This document shows positions 25,240 through 38,196 of a stretch of DNA of 64,000 bases, piece after piece. This DNA comes from Mobula hypostoma (Eukaryota), in assembly GCF_963921235.1 (NCBI RefSeq), contig NC_086108.1:40550001-40614000 (forward strand). Reading direction: 5' to 3'. The translations under genes were made by a program, and so were the position numbers. Position 1 is the first letter of the stretch. Every line of letters begins with the position of its first letter. The notes beneath the pieces were generated by a model. The model had not been told where the DNA came from. It did no database searches and saw nothing but the letters and a program-made list of their open reading frames with translations.

Positions 25240-26930
25240 CTTCTAAGATGATGTGGGAAGATGGGGCGCCTTGTACAACACTGATCCACGGTAAGACCCT
25301 GGAAAACACTAACAACTCTCCATATCTGACAAGTCTCCTCTCAGTGTGGACAGACATCGATGAGGAAAATTACAATCATCTTCTGTATGCCAGCACCCCA
25401 TGAAAACCTGAGGAAAAGATGGTTTGATAGCCAAAGCATATAGCTCATTGTCTATAGCCAGCTCTGATCCCTGTGGTTTGAAAACTTTGTCTATTGCAGC
25501 AGACATCTCCAAATATTGAAAAAATGCCACCAGCGTACTTTCTGAAAAATCATCCAAATTCCCTAGAAGGATAAGTGAAGCAATATCCTCCCATTGACCT
25601 CCCACATCATGAAGACCTTGGAGAGACTTGTTCTGGAGCTGCTCCGGCCTATGGTCAGGCCACACTTAGATCCCCTCCAGTTCACCTACCAACCCCGACT
25701 AGGAGTTGAGGATGCCATCGTTACCTGCTGAACCGTATCTACGCCCACCTGGACAAGCCAGCGACCACTGTGAGGGTCATGTTTTTTGACTTTTCCAGTG
25801 CGTTCAACACCATCCGCCCTTGCTCTGCTGGGGGAGAAGCTGACAGTGATGCAGGTGGATGCTTTCCTGGTGTCATGGATTCTTGATTACCTGACTGGCA
25901 GACCACAGTACATGTGCTTGCAACACTGTGTGTCCAACAGAGTGATCAGCAGCATTGGGGCTCCACAGGGGACTGTCTTGTCTCCCTTTCCCTTCATCAT
26001 TTACACCTCGGACTTCAACTACTGAACAGAGTCTTGTCATCTTCAGAAGTTTTCTGATGACTCTGCCATAGCTGGATGCATCAGCAAGGGAGATGAGGCT
26101 GAGTACAGGGCTACGGTAGGAAACTTTGTCACATGGTGTGAGCAGAATTATCTGCAGCTTAATGTGAAAAAGACTAAGGAGCTGGTGGTAGATCTGAGGA
26201 GAGCTAAGGTACCGGTGACCCCTGATTCCATCCAGGGAGTCAGTGTGGACATGGTGGATGATTACAAACACCTGGGGATCGAATTGACAATAAACTGGAC
26301 TGGTCAAAGAACACTGAGGCTGTCTACAAGAAGGGTCAGAGCCGTCTCTATTTCCTGAGGAGACTGAGGTCCTTTAACATCTGCTGGACGATGCTGAGGA
26401 TGTTCTACAATTCTGTGGTAGCCAGTGCGATCATGTTTGCTGTGGTGTGCTGGGGCAGCAGGCTGAGGGTAGCAGATACCAACAGAATCAACAAACTCAT
26501 TCGCAAGGCCAGTGATGTTGTGGGGATGGAACTGGACTCTCTGACAGTGGTGTCTGAAAAGAGGATGCTGTCCAAGTTGCATGCCATCTTGGACAATGTC
26601 TCCCATCCACTACATAATGTACTGGTTGGGCACAGGAGTACATTCAGCCAGAGACTCATTCCACCGAGATGCAACACAGAGCGTCATAGGAAGTCATTCC
26701 TGCCTGTGGCCATCAAACTTTACAACTCCTCCCTTAGAGGGTCAGACACCCTGAGCCAATAGGCTGGTCCTGGACTTATTTTCTGGCATAATTTACATAT
26801 TACTATTTAATTATTTATGGTTCAACTGTAACGAAAACCAATTTCCCCCGGGATCAATAAAGTATGACTATGACTATGACTACTATCAGTGTCCTCACCC
26901 TGGCAACATTGCCAATACTGAAGTTGGAAT
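25240..26930 (+). mobile_element. Old RTE-clade LINE remnant (parts ~25240-25590 and ~26887-26930), interrupted by a Rex1
   Basis: agcagacatctccaaatattgaaaaaatgccaccagcgt..aaaatcatccaaatt resembles the RTE C-terminal RHL..LEK.HQR.LRKI; similar to 60891-61200. Confidence 0.5.
25593..26886 (+). mobile_element. Rex1/Babar LINE 3' part
   Basis: MFFDFSSAFNTI, WILDYLTGRPQY, GAPQGTVLSPF, KFSDDSA, RKSFLPVAIKLYN; tail (TATGAC)n. Confidence 0.93.
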
Positions 26931-27914
26931 TGCCTTCCATTTCCTTCAAGAGGCAGGCCTTGTCATTCACAAGCTGACACCAAACTGCACAGCAGATACT
27001 TTATTTCAAGCTTGAACATGGTCATAAATTGTCGGGTGCATGAGGGAAAATTTGAGAATATTTTCACAGCTCCAGTGCCCCATTGGGATATTTTCCCATA
27101 ATTGCTTATGCTGAAAGTGGAGTACTTGGAATGCCTGGAGCCCTTGCAACAGGAGCCTGCAAAACTCTGACATAAATGGTAAAAGGAATGCTCCCTTTCA
27201 AACACCTCCTGCCCACCTCTGGCAAAACTTGTGGCTTTCATGGTCTGAGCAGCTACCTCAGAATCCACAGAACTGGAGTGGAAGGAAATCCTCCTCAAAC
27301 TCATGGGAAGAGAAGAAGGAAGATGTGCAAGTTAATGAAGTCATTGATAATGGCACCTCGCAGCACCTTATCCAATTGGATGGCTGAAAATTGCTGCTAG
27401 CGTTTGAGCGCTGGTCAGGTGGCAGGTTAAAATCCTTTGTGCTGAGAGATTGACACGCACTTTATAACTACATTCATTAACTGTTCAAACCAATATGAAC
27501 CAAACCTTGATGCCCGTCTGTCCTATTGTCTAGTTGTTGTCTGATCTTGCTTTCAAAACAGTGATTCTCCATGATAGTTTTAGCACAGGGGTGCGCCAAA
27601 TGTTTCAAATATTTTTAAAGCCAGACAAAATTATTTTACCATCACTGACCCTGTTGTGTATCAGTCAGTAATTTCAAAATTTGCATACCTGAGGCTTATG
27701 AATGCTACCATTCGAGAAAAATTTGCTTTATGAATCTGCATTCCTGTCAAATAAATGAGAACAAGCTGCTGGTACAGTGAAGTCAGAGGTCAGCTCAGGT
27801 AGTCCATACACCAGTTCCTTCTTCACAATGGGTAAGGCAAGATCATGTGTTATGCAGTACCTGAGGTAACCCTGAATCATCTTCCTAGCTCTAATTATTG
27901 CAACTGAACATTTG

Positions 27915-28633
27915 TTATCGTCATCAACTTTAAATTCCTCGGTGTTATTATTTCAGAGGACCTGTCCTGGGCCCAGCACGTAAGTGCAATTAAGAAGAAA
28001 GCACAGCAGTCCTCTGCTTTCTTAGGAGTTGGCAAATATTCAGCATGAGGCATGATATCTAAAACTTTGACAAACTTCTATAGATGTGTAGTGGAGAGTA
28101 TATTGACTGGCTGCGTTACAGTCTGGTATTGAAACGCAAATGCCCTTGATTGGAAACTCCTTCAAAAAGTAACGGACACGGCCTTGTCCATCACGGGTAA
28201 AGTCTCCCCACCATTAAGCGCATCTACATGGAACGTTGTCGCAGGAAAGCAGCATTCAACAGCAGGGACCTCCACCAGAGGACATGCTCTCTTCTTGGTC
28301 CTGTCATTGGGAAGAAGCCGTAGGAGCCTCAGGTCTCACACCACCAGGTTCAGGACCAGTTGTTACCCCTCGACCATCAGGCACTTGAACCAAAGGGGAT
28401 AACTTCACTTGTTCATCTTTGAAATGTTCCCACAGCCTATGGACTCACTTTTAAGGACTCTTCATCTCATGTTTCTGATATTTATTGCTTAATTTTTTTT
28501 TTTGTCTTTGTACCGTTTGTTGTCTTTTCCACATTGGTTGAATGCCCAAGTTATTACGGTCTTTCATTGATTCTATTAACACTCTATTATGGAGCATGCC
28601 TGCAAGAAACATTTATGTACTTTGCCAATGAAT
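27915..28633 (+). mobile_element. Rex1/Babar LINE 3' fragment (same subfamily as 2455-3810)
   Basis: FKFLGV, RSLRSHTTRFRTSCYPSTIR; 3'UTR similar to 3510-3810; tail ctttgaactt. Confidence 0.85.
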
Positions 28634-29887
28634 TGACTTTGAGCTTTGAACTTTATTTTGTAGTTACTGACTAAAACACATCAGAGTCAATGATGTGTAA
28701 GTATTTATGACTGGCTTCAAAATTATTTGAAGCATTTTGTATGTTCCTGATCTAAATATTCTGCATTGAATCACTATGTTCTTAATATTAAGTGAGTCAG
28801 GATTTTCTCTGTTTTATTTTTAAATGTAACTAAGACTATCTGTAAATATGCCAAACTTGTTCCCAATTCGGCAGCCACTGCAACTAACCTACTTTAGCTC
28901 TAGAGCTGCCAGTACTTCTGCTTTGGAATCAAAATTCCAAGCTGTGACTGTAGCTCATCGGGAACTCGGAACAGCATGCAATTATTGTATCTTAGAGCAG
29001 AAATAGAACATTTGCATGTTAATGAAATTATTGGAATTATTGAAATACTGAGATTTATTTAATTTCAAAAATCTTTAATGCATACCCATGAGACCTTATT
29101 ATAAAATTGCTTCACTTAAGAAAATTTCCATTTTTATTTGGCAACCAAGATGTGTAAGTACAAAGCAGTACTATGATTAAAGTGACAAACTCTGTGTGAG
29201 TGGTGGAATAGTGGAGGGGGTGGTGATGGGAATATGGGGAGTTTTGGCATGGATTGCGTGCAAATGGGTGCCTGATGGTTGGCACAGACTTGATGAACTG
29301 CAGGGTCTGTTTCTGCACTATATTTGTGAAAAGTGAACATTTTGTCCAATAGAGGAGTTAAATTAATTTGTTCAATTAAGGAAATAACGATGCAATATGC
29401 TCCTGAGGAAAGAGGTTGGTGCCATCTCCACTGCTAGTAAACTACACTTGACTATACTTACTAACTGTATAAATTCAGTGCAGCTGCTACATAAGATCAT
29501 TGTGGATAATACTTTCATCCAGCATAAATAAATGTACATTCTCTGTGGATTTACTCTCACTATTGTCTTCTCATGTTTGTCAAGTTTAGTCAGTACTGGA
29601 GAGCTTCAGCTAATTGCAATGTCAGATTGCCAACTCACCTCAGTTAGAAGTTCCTAGTACTGATGCTGAATTGTGATGTGAAATTGTGTAGAAGTTTTTG
29701 ATCTCCTGTGGTTTGTCTATAAGTTTGTGTGCAGGTTTGTCAGAGCCTCAGAGCAGGCTATATACACGTGCACAAGGCAATGTCACCACTGGCCCAAAAC
29801 AGTCATTCATATCCGTGGCATTGTTTTCTACTAAAGTTGCAGGCCAGAATCTTTGTGATGTAAATGAGCGCAGTTCCTTTTGTCTAC

Positions 29888-30730
29888 TGTTACGAGAATA
29901 CACATAAAATTAAGATGTTTGCTGGCCTGGGCTAGCATCAGTGGCATCAGCAGTTGGTCTGCCACCTGCCCTCAGGGGAAGGAGAGATAAGGAACAATGG
30001 AGCAGCGTCTGGAGATGTGTAATGAAGGGATGTGGGAGGAAGAGCTGTCTGGAGCGGCTCCCCCCTTTGAACCCTGAACTGTTTGAAGTGATGGACAGGC
30101 GATACCCCAGCAGGGGGATAAAAAGGGACAGGTTCGCTAAGACAGACACACACGCCACCCGAGGTAACGAGACCCTGGAAGCGGTACGCTTCTCACGAGT
30201 GGGTGAGAAGTGCCAGACAACGACCAGGGTGGAAAGGTACGATCAGCGGGAACCCGGTGTGTGTCCGCCCTTGCCTGGGTGCCGGGTTCACTGCAGAGGA
30301 TCGACCGCATCTGGAGGAGGGGTCACAGTCGGTGACCTCAGGTGACATCACCAAGGACCCGCCCAAAAAGCTGTTTGTGAGCCATCTCGCTGGTCTGTGA
30401 GTGAAGCCGTTCTGAATGATGAGTTGTTCCTATTCTATCTCTCTCTTCCCCCACGTTGTCCACCGCCATGGCAACGATTACTGCGAACTGAACTTTGAGT
30501 CATTTTGAAATTGGTCATTTACCCCTAGACAACGATAGAGCTTGATTGATGCTGTTATCTTAATTCTGTGCACATGTATGGTTATCATTGTTGAATTGTT
30601 GCATTTATTATCCTTTCGATTACTGTGTTGCTTGTTTCTTTAATAAAACTTTCTTAGTTCTAGTACTCCAGACTCCAACTGAGTGATCCATTTCTGCTGG
30701 TTTGGCAACCCAGTTACAGGGTACGTAACA
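29888..30730 (+). mobile_element. Solo LTR (843 bp)
   Basis: TG...CA with perfect 7-bp terminal inverted repeat TGTTACG/CGTAACA; perfect 4-bp TSD CTAC (29884-29887, 30731-30734); gataaaa TATA-like ~30117; AATAAA ~30642. Confidence 0.92.
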
Positions 30731-31789
30731 CTACAAACCCCCACCCACTGGTCCTTCATGTCCCTTGCCACTCTGCTCCTCAATCATGCCCCAGTGCTGA
30801 TCTCTTCTGTTGTCAGGTTAAGGTAGGTCGCCCCATTACTGTCTACAACTGACACTGGGCAGTGAAGCTCAGGAAGGATAATAATTCTTAAATTGTGACA
30901 TTCCTGCTTGTTTGCCAAGATGTTTCATGATGCTGTGGTGAAGCATCTGCAAGTAGTTAAGCGGAGATCCACACAAGGTAAGTAAGAAATGTGTTTTTTA
31001 GGTGTGCTGGAAGGGACTCTGTCAACCATTTTGTGTATGTGCTTTGATGAGGTTGGAGATCCACCTTTAATGCCCTAACCTAAGGTAGTTTTGTTAAATC
31101 CGAAGAGGTGATCTGATATAAACCATCAGTGTTCAGGCAGAGTGAGACTGTAAAATTTCCAGCATGAAATTACCAAGTTAAAGTTGTTATTATGGGATGT
31201 AGCAGTTGATTGTGTTTGCATTAGGATTTAGTGCAGTGGATTGACTTTTAGTCTGCAAAATAAATCAGGCCCAGAAATTCAATGGCACTCAGAAGGGTAT
31301 ATTAAACGGGCAGAGAGTGGCATCCCGATGAATGTTTTATTCAAGGGCCAGTTACTGTTCTGGAGGATTCTCTAGTGCACTAGGCACAGTGCATTGCAGA
31401 AGAACACTTGCACTCTTTGTGCTTAAGGGCCTTTCCTTCATGTATTGAGCTCTAATCACCCCTTATAGTTCCCTCTGCTTGGACCTAAACTTCCGATTTG
31501 AGACTAAACAATAGCACTTACAAGGTTAATGCAAAATTCTGAAGTATTGTGGTCATTGTATTCTAGGAGCCCCTTTACAACAACATGAAAGGTTGTACCC
31601 AGGTTAGGCAGATTTTCATTTCTTTGAACTGTAAGTAACCTGGACAGAAATCCTGGACACGTTCTCAGGTGGCAGGAGGTAACTGTAGCCCTGCAGCGGC
31701 CAGCAAATCCATCCCTCCAGTCTCTGGAAAGCTCGTTTTTATGTTTGTACTGTACACAGGTTTGGCATTTGTAACATGGAGACAACTTG

Positions 31790-31985
31790 TAGGTTAAGGA
31801 TCCTTTCATGTTGCCCAATACTAAATCTAAAATAGCCTGCTTCCGAGTCAGTTCTTCAATATACCAGAAATCCATATTGCGTATGTTTCAATAATTTATT
31901 CACTACATCTTCCGTACTAAATGATTTGCCCAGCCTATATGTAGATTGAAATTACCATAATTACTGTCTTGTCATCGTTACTTGT
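31790..31985 (-). mobile_element. Old CR1 endonuclease fragment
   Basis: YIEELTRKQAILDLVLGN in ORF 31504-31875(-). Confidence 0.65.
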
Positions 31986-34900
31986 GTAATGGGTGAAAAT
32001 TGGAGATTAGAGCAGTAGATGGTGAGAGCCTCTATTCAGTCACAGTACTTTCACAGGAGATCAGCAAGGAGAATTTTGCCAAGGAGTAGTAAGATATTTT
32101 GCTCTATATATTTTGGATACAATGATAACATCTGACAGGTGATTGACAGCTCATCAGATGTAATTACGGCCATTCCTTGCCTGGCTTGACGGACAGCAAC
32201 CCATGGTCAATCCTTATATCTCTTGGAGATCCATGTTAAAATAGTGATGGTCACGAATTCTCAAATTGACCCCTAATGTGCTGCCCATTCATACTTTATC
32301 TGCTTCCTACTGATAGCTTTTCTCAGTGATCTAATAAACTTCACATCCCTTTATACCATTTCAATCCATCATTTCTCTTATCCATTGTCACAACACTGTC
32401 TTGAAGCTTTAATGTATCTATCAATGGAATAATGTGGATTCCTGCGAACTTGATCCTTTATTCTGTCTGTTTCAACATAGCCTTCCATGTTCACTGTACA
32501 TTTGGCCAAATATGCCAGACTGCATACCATCTGTTGTCTATCCCAGCACTACAGAAAGAAGTATCCATGCGCATATTCCTATTCAAGGTCAGGATTTCTG
32601 GCACATATATTTCATTCTGAGAGTGTACACTATGAACCAATGATGTCAAGTGGTTGCTGTCTGGGTAAACATTGTGCATTTCCATTTTAATCAACAATGA
32701 TCTTTGATCACACAGGTGTATGCTGGGGATTTCAATGGCTATTAATTATTGCAGTATTACAGAAAACAATATTTTGTGATATCAACATAGGATACAGTAG
32801 AAATGGGTTAAAGGCTGGAGCTTGCTAAATATCAATGGTTCCTATTAACACAAACTTCAAGCATGTCTCCTTCTTGTATCCATATCAAAACAAATCTTAG
32901 ATTTCCTCATTTTTACCATGTCCTACACCATAATTTCTAATCAGACTTTGGGAGACACCTTTATTTTCAGTCAATTTTTCTTAATTAGCTCCATCCAAAT
33001 TGATTCTAGTTCTTCACAACAATCTGCCAAGTCAAGATTTTTCAAACACTTTTGACACCATCCCTTTGTTCTAGCGCTTCCATATTTCCTTTTCATTTTT
33101 ACCCATTCCTTCTAAATGTTGTATTCTCTGGAGTTATTATTCCCCAACTTTGCCCATGTTTTGGTCATGACAATATGTTCATACACATATATATGACAAT
33201 CTATGCCCTTAATTATAGAACATAGAACATAGTGGCACAGGGCATGCCCTTTGTGTGGTCTTCCTTCCTACATAGCTCTCCACTTCTCGATGATCCATGT
33301 GCCTATCTCAGACTTTTTTAAACCCTTAATATATCTGTCCTTACCAGCATCCTTGGCAGGTCATTCCATGCACCCACCACTCTCAATGAAAAAAAACTTA
33401 TCTCTGACATTTGCGCTATACTTCCCTCAATCACCTTGAAATTCCATGCTCTTTCATTAGCCATTTCTGCACTGGGAAAGTCTCTGGCTATCCACTCAAT
33501 CCATGCCCCTTATTATCTTGTACACCATTATCAAGTGACCTCTTCTCCTCCTTTTCTCCAAACAGAAAAGCCCTAATTTAGTCAACCTATCCTCATAAGT
33601 CTTTCAAGCAGTGTTGCCATAAGTATCCTCTGCATCCTCTCTAAAGCTTCCACATCCTTCCAATAATGAGCCAACAGGAACTGAACATAAAATTCTAAAT
33701 ACGGCCTAACCAGGATTTTACAGAGCTGAAACATTACCTCGCATCTCTTAAATTCTATCCAATAACAAATGAAGTCCAGCACATCATAAGCCTTCTTACA
33801 ACCATATCAACTTGTGCATCAACTTTGAGGGATCTATGGACGAGACCCAGAGATCCTCCACACTGCCAATAATCCTGCTATTAACCCTGTAATTCAACCT
33901 TCCAAAGTGAATCATTCACACTTTTCCGGACTGAACACCATCTGCCACTTCTCAGTCCAGCTCCGCATTCTGTCAACGTTCTGTTGTAACTTTCGACAAC
34001 CTTCTACACTATACACAACTCCAGCAGCCTTCCTGTCATCTGCAAACTTACTAACCCACCCTTCCACTTCCGCATCCAAGTCATTTTAACAAAGAGCAGC
34101 GTCCCAGAACAAGTTCCTAAGGAAAAACACTGGTCACTGGCCTCCATGCAAAACAAGCTCCATCTACTCCCACCTTCAGCCTTCTGTGGGGAAGCCAATT
34201 CTGTATCCACACTGCCAAGTTTCCTTGATCGCATGCCCCCTGAATTTCTGAATGGGCCCACCGCAAGGAACCTTACCAAATACATTACTAAAATCCATAT
34301 ACACCACATCTATTGCTCTGTCTTTGTCAATGTGTTTTGTCACTATTCAAAGAATTCAATCAGGCTCGTGAGGTATGACATGCCCATCACAAAACTCTGC
34401 TAACTATCCCTAATCAGACTATGCTTCTCCAAATGCTTGTAAGTATGCTCTCTAAAAACCCTCTCCAATATTTTGCCCACCACTAAAGTAAGACTCACTG
34501 ATCCATAATTCCCACAACTATCTCTACACCTTTTCCTGAACAAAGGTATTACATTTTCCATGCTTCAGTCATCTGGTACAACTCCTGTGGCCAGTGAGGA
34601 CATGAAGCTCATTCCCAAAGGAACAGGAAGCTCTTCCCTTGTTTCCTTGAGATATATCCCATCTGGCCCCAGGGATTTTCCAAGTTTTTCAAAAGTTCCA
34701 GCATATCCTTTATCTTAACGTCAACATGCTCCAACACATTAACCTATTCTATGCTGACCTCATATTCATCAAGGTTCCTCTCACTGCTGAATACTGAAGC
34801 AAAGTATTCAATGAGGACCACCACTACCTCCTTCAACTCCACGCAAGTTTCCTTTTTAATTTCTAATCAGTCCTACCCTGGCATTAATTATCCTTCTATT

Positions 34901-35063
34901 TTTCACATATGTGTAGAACTCCTTGGGGGTTTCCACAATTCTACTTGCCAAGGCCTTCACATGCCCTCTTCTAACTCTCCTAAATCCATTCCTCAGCTAC
35001 TTCCTAGCTACCTTGTACCACTCAGGAGCCCTATCTGATCCTTGCTTCCTAAACTTTAAGTAA

Positions 35064-35666
35064 TTTCAAGTTCAAATTTAATTATCATTCAATCATACAT
35101 GAATATAACCAAATGAAACAGCATTGCTCCAGGGCCAAGGTGCAAAACACATTCCTGACAGCACACAGCAAACTGCACAAAAGCAGAAATGGTTACAATA
35201 GCAGAAAAACATACAGTCACAAGGAATAAAAAGAATTATAGTCTAAGTCCCTGAGTGGCGTGGCCTGGAGACTGAAGGTAAATTGTCCTGGTCCGGCTTG
35301 TTCTTCCACCGAAAACACAGGAGAGCAGCACCAAGCGAACACTGGAGGACAGCACTGACAGGAGAGGCAGCTCCCAACCCGGTACAGATCGCACGCACCC
35401 ACATCTGCTCTCTCCCACACTGCCTCCGCCCCGCAGCTTGTGTGCCTAATCCTCGCCACGACCGAGGAAATGCAGCTCCCCCACCGTCAGTCTCACCTAT
35501 GAACTAGTGAACCGGATTTGCAGTATACTACATTACCAATGTCCAGCAGGGTCTTGCAATCACAATAAAAATGTCCAAGACAATCACTATGCACCGCCTC
35601 GGCATAATTACACCTACCATTGGATCCAAAGTAGCCGCTGAGTCCGAGCAAGCCAGCATCTTATCA
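35064..35666 (-). mobile_element. Non-autonomous retroposon with Rex1-like tail
   Basis: Tail ttcaagttcaaatttaatt on +; gcaccttggccctgga (minus) resembles the 3'UTR of the 19946 Rex1; head aagatgctg; interrupts the CR1. Confidence 0.6.
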
Positions 35667-36357
35667 GCAAGCTTCTTTCTTTCTCTTGTTGAGATGTTCC
35701 ACATATTTTATCAACCATGTTTCCATTACCCTACCATTCTTTCCCTTCCTCAATGGGACATAATTATCCAAAGCCCCATGCAAGGGCTCCCTAAACAACC
35801 TTCATATTTCTTCATCCTTTTTGTGGATTCAATGTGCATTCAGACATGGTGCCTTTAAATCTCATCTTTTACCGTTTTCGTCACTCTGACTGTTTTTGTG
35901 CACGCCTTTATTTCCACTGTCTGTTTACTTATTACATTTCCGACTCCCACTTCTAGGATTGTTTCTCTCCCTCTTGGCTCTCCTCTCAGTTTCACATCAC
36001 CCTTCCCAAGCACAGGGAACACACCATTGCAAGGATAGTCCCAGTTTTGTTGAGTATAACCATTTGATTTGTACAGGTCACAACTGTCTCCAAAGTCTAA
36101 AGTCTTCCCTCATGCACTATTTCTCAACTCATGCATTCATTTATTCTGCCTTCTTTCTGTTTTTGTTAACACTGGGAGTAACCCTAAGATTACTTCCTTT
36201 CAGATTATTTATAAATATGTGTGTGTATCTTTTCACCTCCCCATCATCTTCCTCAGTTATTGATAATGCCTGTTGGTCAGAATTCTTTATTTTTTTAATC
36301 CTCTCAGCAGCAGTTCAGTGAGCTTCTTGATCCTAGGACCTGGAAGGTAACATACTA

Positions 36358-36714
36358 AGGGATTGGACACGCTGGAGGCAGGAAGCATGTTCCCGCTGAT
36401 GGGCGAGTCCAGAACCAGAGGCCGCAGTTTAAGAATAAGGGGTAGGCCATTTAGAACGGAGTTGAGGAAAAACTTTTTCACCCAGAGAGTGGTGGATATA
36501 TGGAATACTCTGCCCCAGAAGGCTGTGGAGGCCAAGTCTCTGGATGCTTTCAAGAAAGAGATGGATAGAGCTCTTAAAGATAGCGGAATCAAAGGTTATG
36601 GGGATAAGGCAGGAACTGGATACTGATTGTGGATGATCAGCCATGATCACAGTGAATGGTGGTGCTGGCTCGAAGGGCCAAATGGCCTACTCCTGCACCT
36701 ATTGTCTATTGTCT
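36358..36714 (+). mobile_element. Young CR1 3' fragment, same subfamily as 5660-7047
   Basis: About 10 differences over ~357 bp versus 6683-7040 (hand count); TSD ATACTA 36352-36357 / 36715-36720. Confidence 0.95.
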
Positions 36715-37292
36715 ATACTACTAAACAGGGACTCTTCAGAGACAGATGCACCTAGCTTCTCCCCAAGTCAAATTTCCTTTAACGTTAGCAGCTCTCGCTT
36801 CTTCATCTTCTCCTGTATAGCTGCCACACTCCCAGTTCTAGCTGTGCTCCCCAGGGGACCATTCTCCTCACCACAATCCAAATCCTGTACATGAGACAGG
36901 CAGACTCATGGGGACTCCTGGATGACCTATCTGCTTCTTCCAATTTACCTGCTGGTCTGTACGCTCTCTTACAACTCTATCAGTAGCTGATGATGAGGTC
37001 ACACCACTGAAGTGAAGACATTTAACATAATTCCCTGTTCTTTTGTTTAAAAAGATATAAAATAAATATGAGGAAACAGCAGCACTGTAGAGTTGGAAGG
37101 TTGGAGCTGATTTCAGTTTTTACTTTAATGCATGTCCAGATTTGGACTAAATTGAGGGGACATTATTTTATCATGTAAAGGGTTTTAGAGTCATATAGGA
37201 CTTGGGCTTACCGAATAGACACCAGCCATCATACAACCATTCACACTAAGCCCACACCATTTTTTTCCCCTCATCAGCCCCTCATTCCCATC

Positions 37293-37730
37293 AACCGTTC
37301 GGGCTGACCGGAAGTGCACTGAGAGCGGTAAGCGTAAAGGAGTTGGGGGCTTGCTGTTCTGGTTAACAATGGATGGTGCAATCCTGGTCATATTACGATC
37401 AAGGAACGTGTTTGTAGCCCGGATATTGAACTTTTTGCTGTTGGACTCCGGCCATATTCCACCGAGATACAACACTGGGCATCATGGGAGGTTGTTCCTG
37501 CCTGTGGCCATTAAACTTTGCGGCTCCTCCTATGGAGGATCAGACATCCTGAGTCAATAGGCTGGTCCTGGACTTATTTCCATCTGGCATAGTTTGTATA
37601 TTGGTGTTTGATTGTTTGTGGTTTTTGTATTGCTATATTTATGCTCTATTCTTGGTTGGTGCAGCTATAAGGAAACGCAATTTCCCTCAGGATCAATAAA
37701 GTATATCTATATCTATCTATCTATCTATCT
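37293..37730 (+). mobile_element. Internally deleted Rex1/Babar derivative (APE fragment fused to 3' end)
   Basis: RADR..SGKRKG.GLAVLVNNGWC..CSPDIEL..LRPY joined at ~37457 to sequence matching 26658-26860; tail (TATC)n. Confidence 0.8.
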
Positions 37731-37778
37731 AACTCTACCCCATCCCTTCCAATTTCTACAACAACGTTTCACTAATCA

Positions 37779-38196
37779 AGTCAAGTCAAGTCACTTTTAT
37801 TGTCATTTCAACCATAACTGCTGGTACAGAACATAGGGAAAATGAGACAACGTTTTCCAGGACCATGGTGCTACATGAAATAATACAAAAACTACACTGA
37901 ACTACATAAGAAAACACACAAAAACTACACTAGGCTACAGACCTATCCAGGACTGCATAGTGCACAAAACAGTGCAGGCACTACAATAAATAAATAATAA
38001 ATAATAAACAAAACAGTAGGCACAGTAGAGGGTATAGTAGGTTGGTGTCAAGCCAGGCTCCGGGTATTGAGGAGTCTGATGGCTTGGGGGAAGAAACTGT
38101 TACATAGTCTGGTCATGAGAGCCTGAATGCTTCGGTGTCTTTTTCTAGATGGTAGGAGTGAGAAGAGTTTATATGAGGGGTGCATTAGGTCCTTCA
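37779..38196 (-). mobile_element. Rex1/Babar 3' fragment, same subfamily as 19946-20990
   Basis: Close match to 19950-20357; (TCAAG)n tail; TSD TAATCA 37773-37778 / 38197-38202. Confidence 0.9.

Larger units (their letters stand above)
33213..36960 (-). mobile_element. Old, deleted CR1 running from 3' tail through ORF2 to an ORF1 remnant, interrupted at 35064-35666 and 36358-36714
   Basis: Tail atagaacatagaacat; LVRPYLEFYVQF; RT remnants ~34000-34400; ORF1 esterase-like VCYLPGPRIKKL at ~36310-36355. Confidence 0.72.

Noticed and set aside
29941..30345. 134-aa ORF
   Set aside because: Lies inside the solo LTR, starts at a non-ATG codon and has no recognisable domain.
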